A stretch of DNA of 64,000 bases from Marsupella aquatica (taxonomy: Eukaryota; Plantae; Marchantiophyta). The DNA lies in the NCBI GenBank assembly GCA_973895155.1, contig OZ316896.1, forward strand, positions 4,841,925 to 4,905,924, read 5' to 3'. The notes below the pieces were generated by a model. The model saw nothing but the letters and a program-made list of their open reading frames with translations. It was not told where the DNA came from and ran no database searches. The first letter of the stretch is position 1. Each line of letters opens with the position of its first letter. Below, in pieces: positions 13,696 through 26,841 of the stretch. Position numbers and translations under genes: made by a program.

Positions 13696-15329
13696 ACAAC
13701 TAAGGGATCCAGGGAGCCAGGATCGAAATGAATTGAATTGACGGTATTGGAATTTGGGCGCTGCGACCAGGGAGGGGGGTGTTGTTTTGAATAAAGGAGC
13801 GAGTTGAATGACGTTGCTGGCCGATGAGGGGAGGGATTGATACTGTAGAGATGAGTATGAATTTTTGATTGGAGCGAGGGGTTGATGAGTGGGGTGCTAC
13901 GGTAGTGGTAGTAGAATATAAATGGTACTGGTGCTAAGACAGGTAGATTTGGTTTTGCATGCATGAGAGCAGTGCATGCGCGTGGATTGAAGTGAAGCAG
14001 CACTGCTACTGCTACTGAGTACTGATGATGAATCAAAGAAAAGAAGGAATGAATCAAAAGCGGGGAAGATGCCAACGGAGCCAGCCAACCAACCAGGCCA
14101 GCGAGTGAGCGAGGCAGGGAGGGAGGGAGCGAGAGAGAAAGATAGAGAGACGATTCGGAGGTGACCGGGAGGGTGAATCAGCAGCGTAGGAGACTGAGCT
14201 AGCTTGACATCATCATGAGCAGGAGCAGCAGCAGCGAGGGACTGATGAGCTCAGTGAGAGAGGCCTGCCTGATGAGAGGGGAATAAAAATTGGGCTGACT
14301 GACGGGAGAGGGGGGGGTGGGGGCGGAACGGAAGGGGAGGAGGAAAGGAATAAATGATGTGGGGGAAAAATAAGACAGAGCAGGAGCATGATCCTGGGCA
14401 GCGACGAATCGGACGACGGGGAAGTGAGTCAGAGGGGAGGAGGAGTAGTCGTCCGGAAGAGTGGGAAGAGAAAGGATAGAGAGAGTACAGACAGAAGGTC
14501 ATTGGCATGTAAGAGGGGGCGAGAAAGAATGATGCGGCACGGAAATCTTATTACAGATAGAGGGAATAGTGGAAAAGGAGGGAGAGGGGATAAATTTTGC
14601 TAAATTGGAGGCGGGCGGTACAGCAGTCCATTCCAGTCCAGACCAGTCCAGGCCAGGCCAGGAGGCCAGCAGGCGAGTGACGCGAGTGGTGGTAGAAGTT
14701 TAGAGTATTATGGTATTAGAAGTAAAGGAGGGAATTGAATGGAAGGGATCCGGCCCGAAATCTTGCGATGCGCTCTTCAAGCAGAGGAGGCATTGTGGTT
14801 AGGGTTGGGATTATTCCAATCATGTCGGTTATGGCGATCGTTCATAACATTGCGGGCTCTGCGTTTAGTCTCAACTTGGTTTGGCTTTTCGTTCTTAACG
14901 CGCTGTTCAATCTCGAGTTGTACGAGCGAGATATTTCTACGGTGGAGCTGGGGGATGCAGGAGCAAGCAAAGTCGCAAGAGGTAGAAGGTTTCGATCGTA
15001 CGAGGTTGGTCGTTGCTTGCGGTGAGGGTTCTTGGTGTGCTGATTCCGATTCCCTCGCCTTCCGAACACTGCAATCGCGAGGGGAGAACGATGATCGCTA
15101 TCGCGCACTGCCTACCTCTTGGAATCCATTCCCGACATTGATAGTTGGAATTCGTGATAAGTGATCAGCGAACGAAAAGCAGTTTCGAGCAAGAGATGGG
15201 AATGATTGAGAAGGGATCTTGTGCTGGCCTGTGGTCGGGAGGTAGTCAGGATTGGCAACGGGACGTGCAGGTCAATCGAGATTTGCTGAATACATTCATC
15301 GGGTAGAGTTTTAAGACTATGTGCAGGAA

Positions 15330-18300
15330 ATGGCCCGTTCTGGAGCCGCTTTCAAACGTGGGAAACCCGTTTATACTTTACTCTCTGTAATTTGTGGAAA
15401 GAAGGTTGAATCAAATGGTAGTGGAGCTGCAAGTACAGATGGTCCCACTAAGAGTACAGAGCTTCTTCCGAATGTGAGTGGAGTTCAAAATGATGCGTTT
15501 TTACTACCAGGGAAGGAGAAAGCAGTTGAAGACAAAGGCGCCTCTTTACCAGGATATCCAGATCTTGTTGCGAGCGGGCAACTAGAGGTGAAAGATTGTT
15601 TTGAGGAACTGGCTTGGGGCTCCTCTGGCTTATTCTCTAGTTTGCCATCATGCCCCCTGATCTGTCCGGCGGGTGAAGTTTTGACATAGTCAAATCTTTC
15701 CTCCCTGGCATGGATGGGGAGCCTTCGTGTGCTCTCATTTCGTCGATAACCTACTGAAGCATATGTTTGTTGCATGTCAAACCAGGTGCAACTCTTGCAG
15801 TACCCTACCAAGGAGGAACTCAAGTCAAAGTTGGAGTCCTTACAACCTGAATATTTGTCATTCCATGGTGAGCAAGTTGCTGGGAAAGACGACGTCGGTG
15901 GACTTGTATTAGGCGACGCCAAGGCTTGCACGCCGGACCAACTCCTCTCTCTTTTCGGAACGAAGTTACCTGATTTTGTGAGTTTTTGTGCTCTGTCGTA
16001 CGCATGTATTTATTTCTAAAGTCAGTGATTGTGGAATGTCTGCCTCTGGCTGGCTTTAGTTCTGATGGTACCGAGCAATGTATGAAGTTCAACTGGTCTT
16101 GAACAGTGAAAAATTCCTCTTTGATATGGAATGTCCACGACTAGTCAACTATTGCTTGACACCTAGTTTGTGATATCAGGTCTACTTAGAAATTCCTGCT
16201 GGAGATAAACATGCGCAGGCCCTTCAAACACTGGTATGTTATTGCACTTTTTGAGTGATATGTGGTGTTTTTGGAAATGCTGGTTAATGAATTTTTGTTT
16301 GGACTGAGCGTTCCTCTAGAATATTAGACAAATGACGAGACAAATGACGAACTTACATTACATTTTCGCATAGGGCCTTGTCCACGGTAGCATGCAGAGA
16401 GGTCGTAAATGTAACTATGGCTTCGCTTGTTGAATTCGGTATAAAATTGTCCAATTACATGTTGCCCAAGGACTTAGCGGGGCCAATGTCGATGTAGTGG
16501 TGTTCCACTTGGAACTTGTTTCTCCTCTCAGATGTGCTGTATATAGTTATGGCTCATATCTGAGCCCTTTTGTCAGGGTGTCAAGCATCTGATATATTGG
16601 AAGGCCTCTTCCTGTTCAAATTCTCTAGCTCTCCATTTTCGGCAAGGGCTCCTTGCTACTTTCCAAAGGTAATTGGCTGACTCTGTATTTGGTTCTCAAG
16701 CTGGACCCATTGTCCTGATAATTGTTGTTTTACCGGACTCAAGTGGTCTGATTGATCACAAACTTGAGTTGTGTTTGTTCCAGTTCGGGAGCAGGAGGAT
16801 GGGATGGCTACCATCTGGCTAAAGCATGTTCTCAACTATATGGTTGCCGATCAAGACTCGAAGGCCACTCGCTTGGGAGAAATTATTGGCCCCATCTTCT
16901 TGGAGAGGCACCTCCTAAAATTGAATTGCCCTCGACAGAAGCGTCCAGCGACGGGGAGGGGTCCAAAGCATCGGAGGCTACATTGGGCCCCATTCAGATT
17001 TTTGATGACGACGTTGAGATTCGATTGCTTGTTTGTACAGAACTTACCAAGCCAGTAAGCTCTCTTCGCCCCGAAAGTCAACTTCGCTTGCTGTGTTGTC
17101 GGTCTGAGTCTCACGTGAGAATCATACATTCTTATCTTGAATCCACACTGTAACATAAACTCAGCTCTTAAAGCAATTTACAGAAGGCAGTAATGAAGAT
17201 GGAGTGCTAACAATCAGATATTTCACATGCAGGATAATGGTTGGTTTGATGCTATGGAAGCTGGATTAAGTAGTTTGTTGACCATTGAGGTAAGTGAAAA
17301 TCACGTTTAGGGTTCCCCAAATCTTTTCTTATAATCTCGACCTGCGTAATTATATGGCAGAAGTGTGAAAAAAACCTTTCCAGGGCTTGGATATTCCGTG
17401 TAGTGAGTATCATCCTTGTTTCTTGTGTGTGCCTTTCTGTTGAGACATTATGTGTCTTACTGCTAATTGTCTTTGTGTGCGGACTACAGGCTAGGGCTGT
17501 CCGGATGTTGAATAGAATCAGGTAAGAATTTGTTACTCCTATTACGCTCTTCGAATATTTATGTTCGACGTCACGTACATCTTAGCCTTCTAGATCTTGA
17601 GTTGGTGTGTTTTGAGTCTGTTTTGATGGATTGAGAGGACGTTTAGCGAACTGCGTTGGGTGAGTTGCGAAATTTGGTTTTGTCGCCAAAGCTTCAAATA
17701 AGTGATTTTGATCGATCCATTTTGTTTCCTCGTCAGTGCTCCACCACCTCCGATGGCAGCAGCAGTCTTTGCACGAGGGATTGTGACTATGCGTTGTGAT
17801 CTCTGCACCGCTACTTATGCCCGGGTGCCACTGCTTGTTTCTGGCAGTGCCCAGTTATGCTTTGATGACCAGGTTCGAAATATGTACCTTCATTCTCTTG
17901 ATGGATGGTTTTCCTTGGGCGTTCGCAAGACTTCATAGTTGGAACTACACTGAAACTATATCTGCAATTGTTTGAAACTTGTACCCATGGAATCCTAGTT
18001 GCGCTGACTGCACACCTTAAAATGCTTGACGGCTAGAAAGACATCCCCTCTAGGACTTGCAGTGGTGTATCTAACTGAAGGAATCAACATTTCCTAACAG
18101 AGTCGTTGTTTACCAACTTGCTAGTCGCAGCAATTAGAGAGCAGTATCAAGAGAGAGCTTGCGGAAAGAATTCGACTTGTACGTATTCTGAAGACAGGAG
18201 AGGAAAAGAAAGCACCTGCTGTGATAACTGAAGTACGGCGTTCAGTTGCCCTTGCCGGTGGAGCGCGAGTGTTGGAATTCAAAATTATAACTCCTGCTTG

Positions 18301-20960
18301 GGCCGGACAGGTGATGGCTCTTGCCGGTTTCAATTTGAACTCGATATACCTATTTGGTAACATCAGTTTTCGTCAATTCATATGCTGTGAGTGACTGGTA
18401 GTTGACAAAAAATTCTGTTTTGATTTTGACCATCGTCGCAGGTTCTCAGGCAGCTCTCTGCAGAACCCAGCTACCGAGGCTTGGTGGCGTTGGGAATAGC
18501 TGGAGTTCAAGGATCAGCGGTTGCAGCCTTCAGGAAAGAAGATGCAATACTATTAGCTTCTTCAAAATACGAACGGTCACCTACTTATACTGGGCCCATT
18601 CCTGACTGGTTCAAACCCCCAGTCACAAAGAAGAAACGGGTAAATTTGTTTCATGCTATGAAATCTTTAATTGAGAATCCAACTGATCAAAATGGGAGCT
18701 CCTCAATACCCAAGAATGCAGAAGCAACCAGCACCAGTGGGGGTAAATCTGAAAGCCAATCTGCTACGGGCACGATCACCCCTACTAAATCAGAGAGAAG
18801 ATTTCTCAATCTGGCACCCATGAAACCAATTCCACATAAAGCTGGCAAAGGGCCCAATCCATTTGCAGCTGTGGTAGCTGCTGCTAATGCTGGCTGGTCA
18901 ATGAAAGTCAATATGCCAAATGGAACGTCTGGGAAAATGGGACGTCCTCACTCGAACTCTGTGATGGGACATGGGACTACTACTGCTTCCTCGGGACTGG
19001 GCAATTATACACCATCGATCACACCTGGCTCCCTTCTTCTTGCTGCCAATGCTCCACTAGTGAAGCCACATGGGTGTAGTCGCCAGCCCATTGACGACTG
19101 TGCAGAGGTACGGATGCAGCATTTGTGCACTAGTCAATTTGTCTTGTCATGCTCATTTTGTCCCTTTAAACCGCCCATCTCACCAACTATTGCCGTCCCA
19201 TATAAAACGGAATAGTTGTCGCAGGCGGACCTTGTATGTGCGTCCATCTTCCCCTGCCGATCATTCCACAAGGTTAGGATATATCTCACTGATCAGATAT
19301 GTGGTCGTTCTAATTCCCACGCGTGTGCTTTGAACAGGAGGATTTTCTATCCGATTTGATAAAGTTCTTGGTGTCAAGAGGACATGGTAGACTTATACCT
19401 CCCGCTGGAGCTGAAGGGTTCCCTGAAGTGGTGCTAAATGGAAAGCGGCTCGATCTTTACAACCTTTACAGAGAGGTCTGGAGTGTGTTGTGCGAGTGCC
19501 TGTATCTAACAAAACATCAATTCTCTCAATGGGTCTTAGTACTAGCCACAAATTAAGACTTGACCATTCGAATCAGTACAGTATGTCTTGCCTTGGAGAC
19601 CTTGGACGGCAATCCCACTAGCTTTATGGTAGGCACGTTCAGTAGGTAATCAGGAGTCTATTTACAATGAAGTACGGGAATGTTACCACCGCATCTGTTT
19701 GATCAGGGCTCGTTGTTGCTATATCATAAGATCGGTCTTAACGGATAGTTTGGATGCAGGTAGTGTCCAGAGGAGGATTTCATGTTGGCAATGGGATTAA
19801 TTGGAAGGGTCAAGTTTTTTCAAAGATGCGAAACCATACTCTTAGCAACAAGATGACGGTGAGGCTCTGAGCTTGACGAGGATTGATGTTGCCCAAACTC
19901 TTAGAGATTCATTTGTGTGTTGTGAGTATTTTGAGGCTAGGGCTCTATTCAAATTATGATGAGCTATGTTTGCTCGAACGTGGACAGTTGCTGGTTCGGC
20001 TTTCGGAGTTCATTGTAAATAAAAGAAGAGTCTGTGGCTAAGCTGTCTTTTCTTTGGTTTCGGTTAACAGGGGGTGGGAAATACCCTGAAAAAACATTAT
20101 GAAACCTACCTCCTGGAGTATGAACTTGCCCACAACGACGTTGATGGGGAGTGTTGTATTTTATGTCACAGGTTGGTCTCATACAACCCAATTTGAATCT
20201 ATTTCAATCTCGCAAGTATGCTGATCGATTGCTTTTGCCCATGTCTCTTGTCCTTGAGCGAGACAGATAAAGTTTTTCAAGTTGGTTATCCTCACGTTGT
20301 GTTGCTTGCAGCGGTGCTGCTGGAGACTGGGTAAATTGTGGAAGTTGTGGAGAATGGGCGCACTTTGGTTGTGATAAACGCACTGGGCTTGGAACTTTCA
20401 AGGTGAGTCGTGATAAGGAATTCATAGAAGGTTTGAGTCTCTTCGAAGATAAGGTGTAGACATCATTAGACATGGTATATATGCTTTAGCTGGACGAATT
20501 GGACCTCCTTCAAGACGCTAGGAAGGGGCATAAATTTGCATATTCTCAACACAAGCCAGGTTTTATCAGCAATACTTATGAAGTACGACGAACCATGTCC
20601 TGATTTGGCGGGGTTTGAGGGAGGGTAGCATGTCACATAAAAATGCTGGTGTCTGGTCGAGAAGATTCTTATCGCAAAAAGGTTTGCGGGGAAAGGAGAG
20701 CTCAAGAGGATGCAGAAGCCCTGAAGAGCGATGATGAACTGAGTCTGGGCATCGGAAAGTGCAACTTTGTCAAGATCGAATCACTAATAAAACTGCTCTG
20801 TTCGCAGGAATATTCCAAAACGGATGGTTTGGAGTACATTTGTCCGAATTGTAGTACAGCAAATGGACGACTGACTAAGCGGAGAAAAGTCGGTAATTCA
20901 GCCGATGGAGCTGAAGCTGCGATAACTAAGGGCGTACCTAGAAGGACTGCGCGAGGTTGA
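15330..20960 (+). CDS. ARID4: AT-rich interactive domain protein (ARID4-like) with C-terminal PHD finger, ~15 exons
   Basis: Exon peptides PDLVASGQLE, LFGTKLPDFVYLEIP, GPHLLGEAPPKI, IQIFDDDVEIRLLVC, SAPPPP..FARGIVTMRCD, VLRQL..SYRGLVALG; ARID core FPEVVLNGKRLDLYNLYREVVSRGGFHVGNGINWKGQVFSKM...YETYLLEYELAHND; PHD CCILCH..WVNCGSCGEWAHFGCD..YICPNC. Recognised from knowledge of plant ARID4. Confidence 0.93.
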
Positions 20961-22832
20961 AGATTTGCAAACTCACATTATCTGGGGTTTTCTGTCGTAC
21001 ATTTAGTCAATTGTACTGGTGACAATCGACAGTGAAATGTAAAATCAACAACGCCCCTCTTGGTCATACGTTTGTGAGCCTCAAGCCATGCAGATGTGAC
21101 CCACGTCGCCAGGGTATTTGTGTTGCGCTTTGGACGGAGATAATGAACAGAAGTCATGTATCCGCCATTTCGACTACCACCTCCAATTGAGGTGATTCTG
21201 CGGTATCATTGTACATCCAAATCTTACAGGAAGGTGCCTAAAGAATGCGGCAGTTGTGGCTCATCTCCACCCGGGTCCATCTCAAAGCTTAGAGTGCGTG
21301 AAGGAGGTCAAGTCTTCCTGTCAAGTCCGGCAACCATGACTCCGATTGACAAGAAGGAAAGCAGACAGTTAGTACTCGGCCTTTGTACGACCGGAAGGGA
21401 TGCCTTGTTTTCCCTGAATTGCAAAGTTTTGGAGGTGGTGCTGTTTGCAATCTGGAAAACTGTGGTCTTGTGGAAGCCTTCATATGAGGTGGAGCTATCA
21501 TTGACTCCTAACGGTGTTATTCCCCCGTAAACAAGAGCCCTGTAGAATCTGCACCTGCGTTGTACAGGACGGGTGTAGATTTCCATGGTTTTTGGGAGCT
21601 TAAATGCATTTTGATGCTGCTCTCGCCTGAAACGTATTTTTTAAGAACTCCCGCTTATCAGACTCGTCAAGGTCGTGGACACCAGTGAGTATCTGCTCTG
21701 GTAGAGTTAGATCCCGTGTGTCTACATCTTGATTTTATGGTTGTTCACATTGAGCAACCATGTTGATCATGGAACCATGAGAGGCCCTTGTCTTACTTAT
21801 GGATGTAACAGGTTTCAAATTCAATTGAATGGAACGGCAGTACGGTTCAAATTCACAGGTCTCCATGGAATTGTCATTGACATTAATTGAAAGTTTCTTA
21901 GCTGCACTCAATGACATGGTTTTCAGTCCCTACAGGTTGTGGAGACGGAATTATAAGACGCAGGACTTTACGGCAGCAACTGCAACTGCTGCAACTTCAT
22001 TGGCTGACTCCTGTACGTCGAATCTTAGGTACCCACTGACACTGCCAAAGTAGTGCAGATTACCACTGTTTGCCGCATGCAACCTCCTGAAAGTCCAGGT
22101 CGAAGTTCTGGATTGTAAGACGTTGCGGGGCTTAGACTCTGGTGTGGGATACGTCAATGAGTTTATCCCATTGGGCCTTCGTGGTGCAGGTCCAACGAAA
22201 CTATCTTCGCCTTTGTCGACATGCTAGTGGTCTTTGAACCTTGTCAAGCAAATGTATGAACCCTGTCTTTCGGTGAATTCACTTAAAGATCCAGGAATGA
22301 CCCGGACCTCGTCTTGCGGATTTGCTGCCTTCTATCATCGATATTTTTGTATGGCAGTAAAATTTGAAGCTCACCAAACAGGAAGATATGTTTGTACCTG
22401 GCCACCTGAAGCCCTTCATAGCTGCTCTTCCGTCCGTCAAATTTTCATGACACGTTGCGCAGTCACAGGGAGGAAATCGACCAGTTCTTTGGGCAAATTC
22501 GGGAATCTTCTTGCGTCTTTGAGTTGGGGTCTTGAATTTGATACCTCAGGCTCCCCTTCAGCATTTCCTCGATACTCTAGATATTTCTCTGTTCCAATTT
22601 CCCTTTTCACTGGCTGGAAGCTGAGATTTGCTGAACTAAACCCCGGATGGACCTCCACTTTCTCTATGAAGCCCTTATGATACTAAAGCTTGCATAGACT
22701 TGTTTAAAACATTTAAATTGACTCAGATAACACTATTTACATTTTTTAGTTAGTGATTTGTCAACTGTCTCCTTACCCTCTGTAGCTGGTTTCAATTACA
22801 TTATTGAACTGATTTCCTTAGTAACTTGACCA

Positions 22833-22908
22833 TCTTGAACGTGAAAGAGTCAAGACATGATACCATTACTCTTGAACGTGAAAGAGTCAAGACATCATAC
22901 CATTACTC
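22833..22908 (+). repeat. Tandem duplication, 2 x ~37 bp
   Basis: tcttgaacgtgaaagagtcaagacat(g/c)ataccattac occurs twice. Confidence 0.85.
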
Positions 22909-23269
22909 TGGATCACCATGACATCTTGACTATCTTCTCCCCAAGGTAATCAAAGTTGTCAACTGCAACCTGTGATTGGATCTTTTGTCATTTTGGTGTA
23001 AAAGCAATTATCGCCTTACATAGTCCACTGGGATGGGCGTGAACAATGTCTGAGATTTGCTCAGAGATTTGTAAACAATAAATTTTTATTAAAAAGTCTA
23101 TTTTTCATATTTTTTTGAGATTTGTGGGGAGATTTGTAGTCACATTGTTGTTAGAGTGTGTGACTATTTAGGCAAAGCAAGCAAAAAAGTTATGATACTA
23201 CTAATGTGTCTGAAATTATTTAGGCAGGGCGAGTAAAAAAGTTATGTTTCTAATTACCATAAGCAGCGT

Positions 23270-23419
23270 AGTTGGGACTTATACAAAGGAATATTTGAAT
23301 AATTTTACTAACAAATTCACCAAACACTCACTTGGGTGAGGGGGCAGTTGGGACTTGTACAAAAGAATATTTGAGTTTTCTTAACAAACGCACCAAACAC
23401 TTACTTGGGTGAGGGGGCA
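23270..23419 (+). repeat. Tandem duplication, 2 x ~75 bp
   Basis: agttgggactt.tacaaa.gaatatttga...caccaaacact.acttgggtgagggggca occurs twice. Confidence 0.8.
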
Positions 23420-23567
23420 AACCACCAGATCTAACGATCCTCCTATAAAACCATGAATCTCACTCTGTCAGAAACTTTTTGACCAGAAGACACTACCTCC
23501 CAGGGCAAGGGACAAGACCATCGTGCCTCCTTCTCAGATTTGTGAATAAAAGGCTGCTCCAGAGGCG

Positions 23568-23693
23568 TCTGTAGGATAACCCATCCCATAACTGACTTCT
23601 TGGGGCCGTAACCCCCTCGGGGTTATTTGTAACCCCCTGTGTAAACCCCTCAAGCCCGTAACCCCCTGAGTGAATGGGTTATTATCCTACAGA
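23568..23693. mobile_element. Small MITE-like element (~126 bp)
   Basis: Terminal inverted repeats tctgtaggataa / ttatcctacaga, extended by cccat / atggg; internal repeated gtaaccccc motifs. No clear TSD. Confidence 0.5.
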
Positions 23694-24258
23694 GTTATTT
23701 AAATTGTCAAAAATTTGCCCAACTTCCCGCTTAGCAAAATGTACTAAAGACAAAAGTGAAAAACAAAGTAGCTACACTTCTACTTTTGGTTGAGACACGT
23801 AGCCAACATCTGACAGTTCTCCACATTGTAAGAAGATCCAACTGTAGAACTGGGGAACATTATCTAGCTAGAGGGAACTACATAGCACCGGGACCTAGCC
23901 AGATCCTCCCTTCCGCTGTTGGGTGACAAGCCAATGTAGCACCCAATGTGGCAACATTGGAAAATCCTGAGCAAAAACTCTGCCTACATATCTTTGGATG
24001 GGATGGTGGGTTGATTTTGGATGAGTTGATAGGAAACTCATTCCGATTTTCCCTGTTTGGGCTCTGCCATTCAATGCTACTCATTATTGCCAAACACAAA
24101 AGATAAGGACATGAGGGCGCATGGCTTACTGCTACCTATGGTGTGTGGGTCAATCTGTGCAAAAGTCAGTATTTACATAACTAGATTGAAAATAATCTTC
24201 TAACTTAGATGCCAATTTTCGAGTCAGATTCAAAGTCCATCTAAGAAAGCTAAGATAA

Positions 24259-24291
24259 AGGGTTTTGGGTTTTGGGTTTAGGGTTTAGGGT
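24259..24291 (+). repeat. Short interstitial telomere-like repeat (TTTTGGG/TTTAGGG)
   Basis: agggttttgggttttgggtttagggtttagggt. Confidence 0.55.
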
Positions 24292-25019
24292 GAAGCCCCT
24301 AGAAAGTGAGACTCAAGCACAACTTAATTAGTGTTGGAATAGTAAATGAGCATGATTGTATTCACTATGAACCACTATAATATCCAATCCCACCAAAATG
24401 GTGCATGAGCATGATTGTACTCACTATAAACCACTATAATCTACATTTATAATATTGAATCCCACTCATTTTAGTCTTTCATCCCGTTACAAAATGCATT
24501 TTGGGTATGAATGAATGACAGCCGTTAGATCTTTTGGGTGAGTTTTTGTATTCGTTTCATTATTAATTCCGTGGCCAAGGTACGCATAAACACATAACAA
24601 GAACAATTGTACTAGATAGTCCTTTCTACTCTCCCATGGGGACTACAACTCTACAAGGGTGCAGTGATTATATTATACTCTCATAAAAAGATAAAGATAA
24701 AGTATTATCCAAAGATCAGGGAGAAGGTAACCAGAAATTGGCATAGAGGAAAAGAAAAGGGAGGGCCAGATAAAGGGAAAAGGGAACAAAAATTGAAGAA
24801 GAGGAGAATGAAAAAGGTAGGGAAAATAGAGAAGGGGATCAAGTGAGATCATTTTGTATTTAAAATATTATTAATTTTAATTTTAATAAAAATTGCATCA
24901 GTTTTTTGGGTGATCATGCTATGACTCCGTGATGTAATGGCCACTTTCACCCATCTTGCATCTCCATGTTCTCACCTGCATACTCATCAACAATAACACG
25001 TTCACAATAATGACCAAAA

Positions 25020-25540
25020 TGATAACATTTTTGCACAATGACATTTTTATGCTCCATCTTTTTTGCGGCGCATAGGGAATGAGTTTGCCTGCATTTTTGT
25101 GTTTCCTCAATAACTTTGCCTCACCTCTACATCTTTTTCTCCTTTCAACGTCTTTTCTTCACCTCAACATCTTTTGTGCAATGCACAGACATTTTTTGTG
25201 TTATTTATCTCACCACCACTTCTTTCCCTCACCCTCGACATCTTTTCTCTTCTCGACATGTTTTCCTCATCTTTATATCTTTTCTCACCTTCTCATCTTT
25301 TCTCTCCTCAACATCTTTTTTTCACTTTGAATTCTTTTCCTCCCCTCTCTCATCAACAGCTTTTTCACACCAATATCTTTTCTTTGCTTCAAAATCTTTT
25401 TCTTTCATGGACAACTTTTTTCACAGCAACATTTTTTCTTCACGTCGACATCTTTTCTTTCATTGACAACTTTTTTCACACCAACATCTTTTTCTTCACT
25501 TTAATATCTTTTTTCATCTCAACATCTTTCATGCAACGCA
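25020..25540 (+). repeat. Low-complexity degenerate CT-rich repeat (cacctc.acatctttttc units)
   Basis: The motif (c/t)caacatcttttt(c/t) recurs; the overlapping F/S/L-rich ORFs are composition artefacts. Confidence 0.6.
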
Positions 25541-26586
25541 CAGGCATTGGGCTAGTATCCAATAATATCCAATCCCACCAAAATGGTGCATCGTCGTTTA
25601 CCCAAACTACCTTTTGGAGGGAATCTATGAAAGCCATAGATTTATTCTCTCACTTTCTTGGGCCGCGTGATTATTTGAGAATGGGGCAAGCTATCAAGTC
25701 AAATGAGTGTATTTGAACACAAGTCTAAAGTACATGGAGGACAATTCATGTCAACACATCATCTAATTATAGAGTGGTACATGAAGTGAAAGTTATGTAA
25801 ATACACTCTACTCTCAATCATCTAGGTACAGCCTAATCAAAACTGAATATGATGGTTATAGGTGACTAAGGTATTTTTTTTCCTTTGTGGAAGCGTTTCA
25901 CCTTTTCCAATTTCAATTGTTTAGGAGATGGAGAGACTATTATTGGGGTTTGTTGTATGTTATTTTTAGGAGGCTATGGGGGAGGCTATATTTTTGTTTC
26001 TGGTTAGTTTTTGTGTGGTGGGGCTTTTCTTCCTTTAGAAAAGGAGAGGGGAGGCTTTTTCCTCAGCAAAAATGTATAGTTTAGTAAATCTCAATATCTT
26101 TTGCGTAATGACATTTTTTAACTTTGTCTTTTATGCAATAAAACCCATAATGCAAGAACCTGCCTGTTATGGTTTTTTTTTTATGCAATAACATCTTTTA
26201 TGCAACAACTTCATTTCATCCACAATATTTTTTGCATTATGATCCATTTCATAATGACATCTATTTGCACCAATATATTTTGCTTAATGACATCATAATT
26301 TTCACAATGACATTCTTTGTGTAATGTTTTTTAGGCAATGATCTCTTTTGTACAACTCACAGGTATTGAGTCATTCTATCCATAGTAATTATGACAAAAG
26401 GTTGGGCATTTAGGCTAGTATTATAATTATTTTCTTTATTACATGAAGCTCTTTGTTTTACAAGGATGAAAGCTCACCTCAAGGCTAATTAATGTAAACC
26501 CTCATTAATTAGCCCGTCATTGCTGCCCGCTGTCCCAATGTGACAGGTCAGGTCCAGTTTTGGCTAGCGTGAGTGGCAGTTACCAT

Positions 26587-26841
26587 GAGCTGACCTCAGG
26601 CTAGATGGTAGCTCAACCTGTTACAACCTGGAGGTCACCAGTTGACATCCGGTCAGCTTCAAAAGCATGTTGGGTGTGGTTCATTCATACCCTATTGACA
26701 TCTCAAAAAACTTGTAGTCACCTGGTCGCAAAGGCGGGCAGCCTCCGTACAGAGGCTCTGAATGAGCCTTGAGGTTGAGTTTCGTCACGAACGAGCCCGA
26801 TCAGCTGTCCTTGGGACATGAATAGCAGCAAAGATTAAAAA
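26587..26841 (+). mobile_element. Putative tRNA(Cys)-derived SINE or tRNA pseudogene
   Basis: 74-nt head (26587-26660) with pairing ends gagctgacc/ggtcagcttc, a box-A-like aggctagatggtag, and gaggtcaccagttgacatccggt, close to the plant tRNA-Cys T-arm (GAGGTCACCGGTTCGAATCCGGT, recalled). A non-tRNA body and a short A tail follow. Confidence 0.5.

Noticed and set aside
12125-15164. Many overlapping 60-140 aa ORFs between GTG and ARID
   Set aside because: Expected by chance in GC-rich or low-complexity leader/promoter DNA; no recognisable domains.
25079-25716. F/S/L-rich ORFs resembling membrane proteins
   Set aside because: They are translations of a CT-rich degenerate repeat that is open in several frames.
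26587-26660. Functional tRNA gene
   Set aside because: The T-loop (gttgacatcc), D-arm and anticodon arm are degenerate, and no oligo-T terminator follows.
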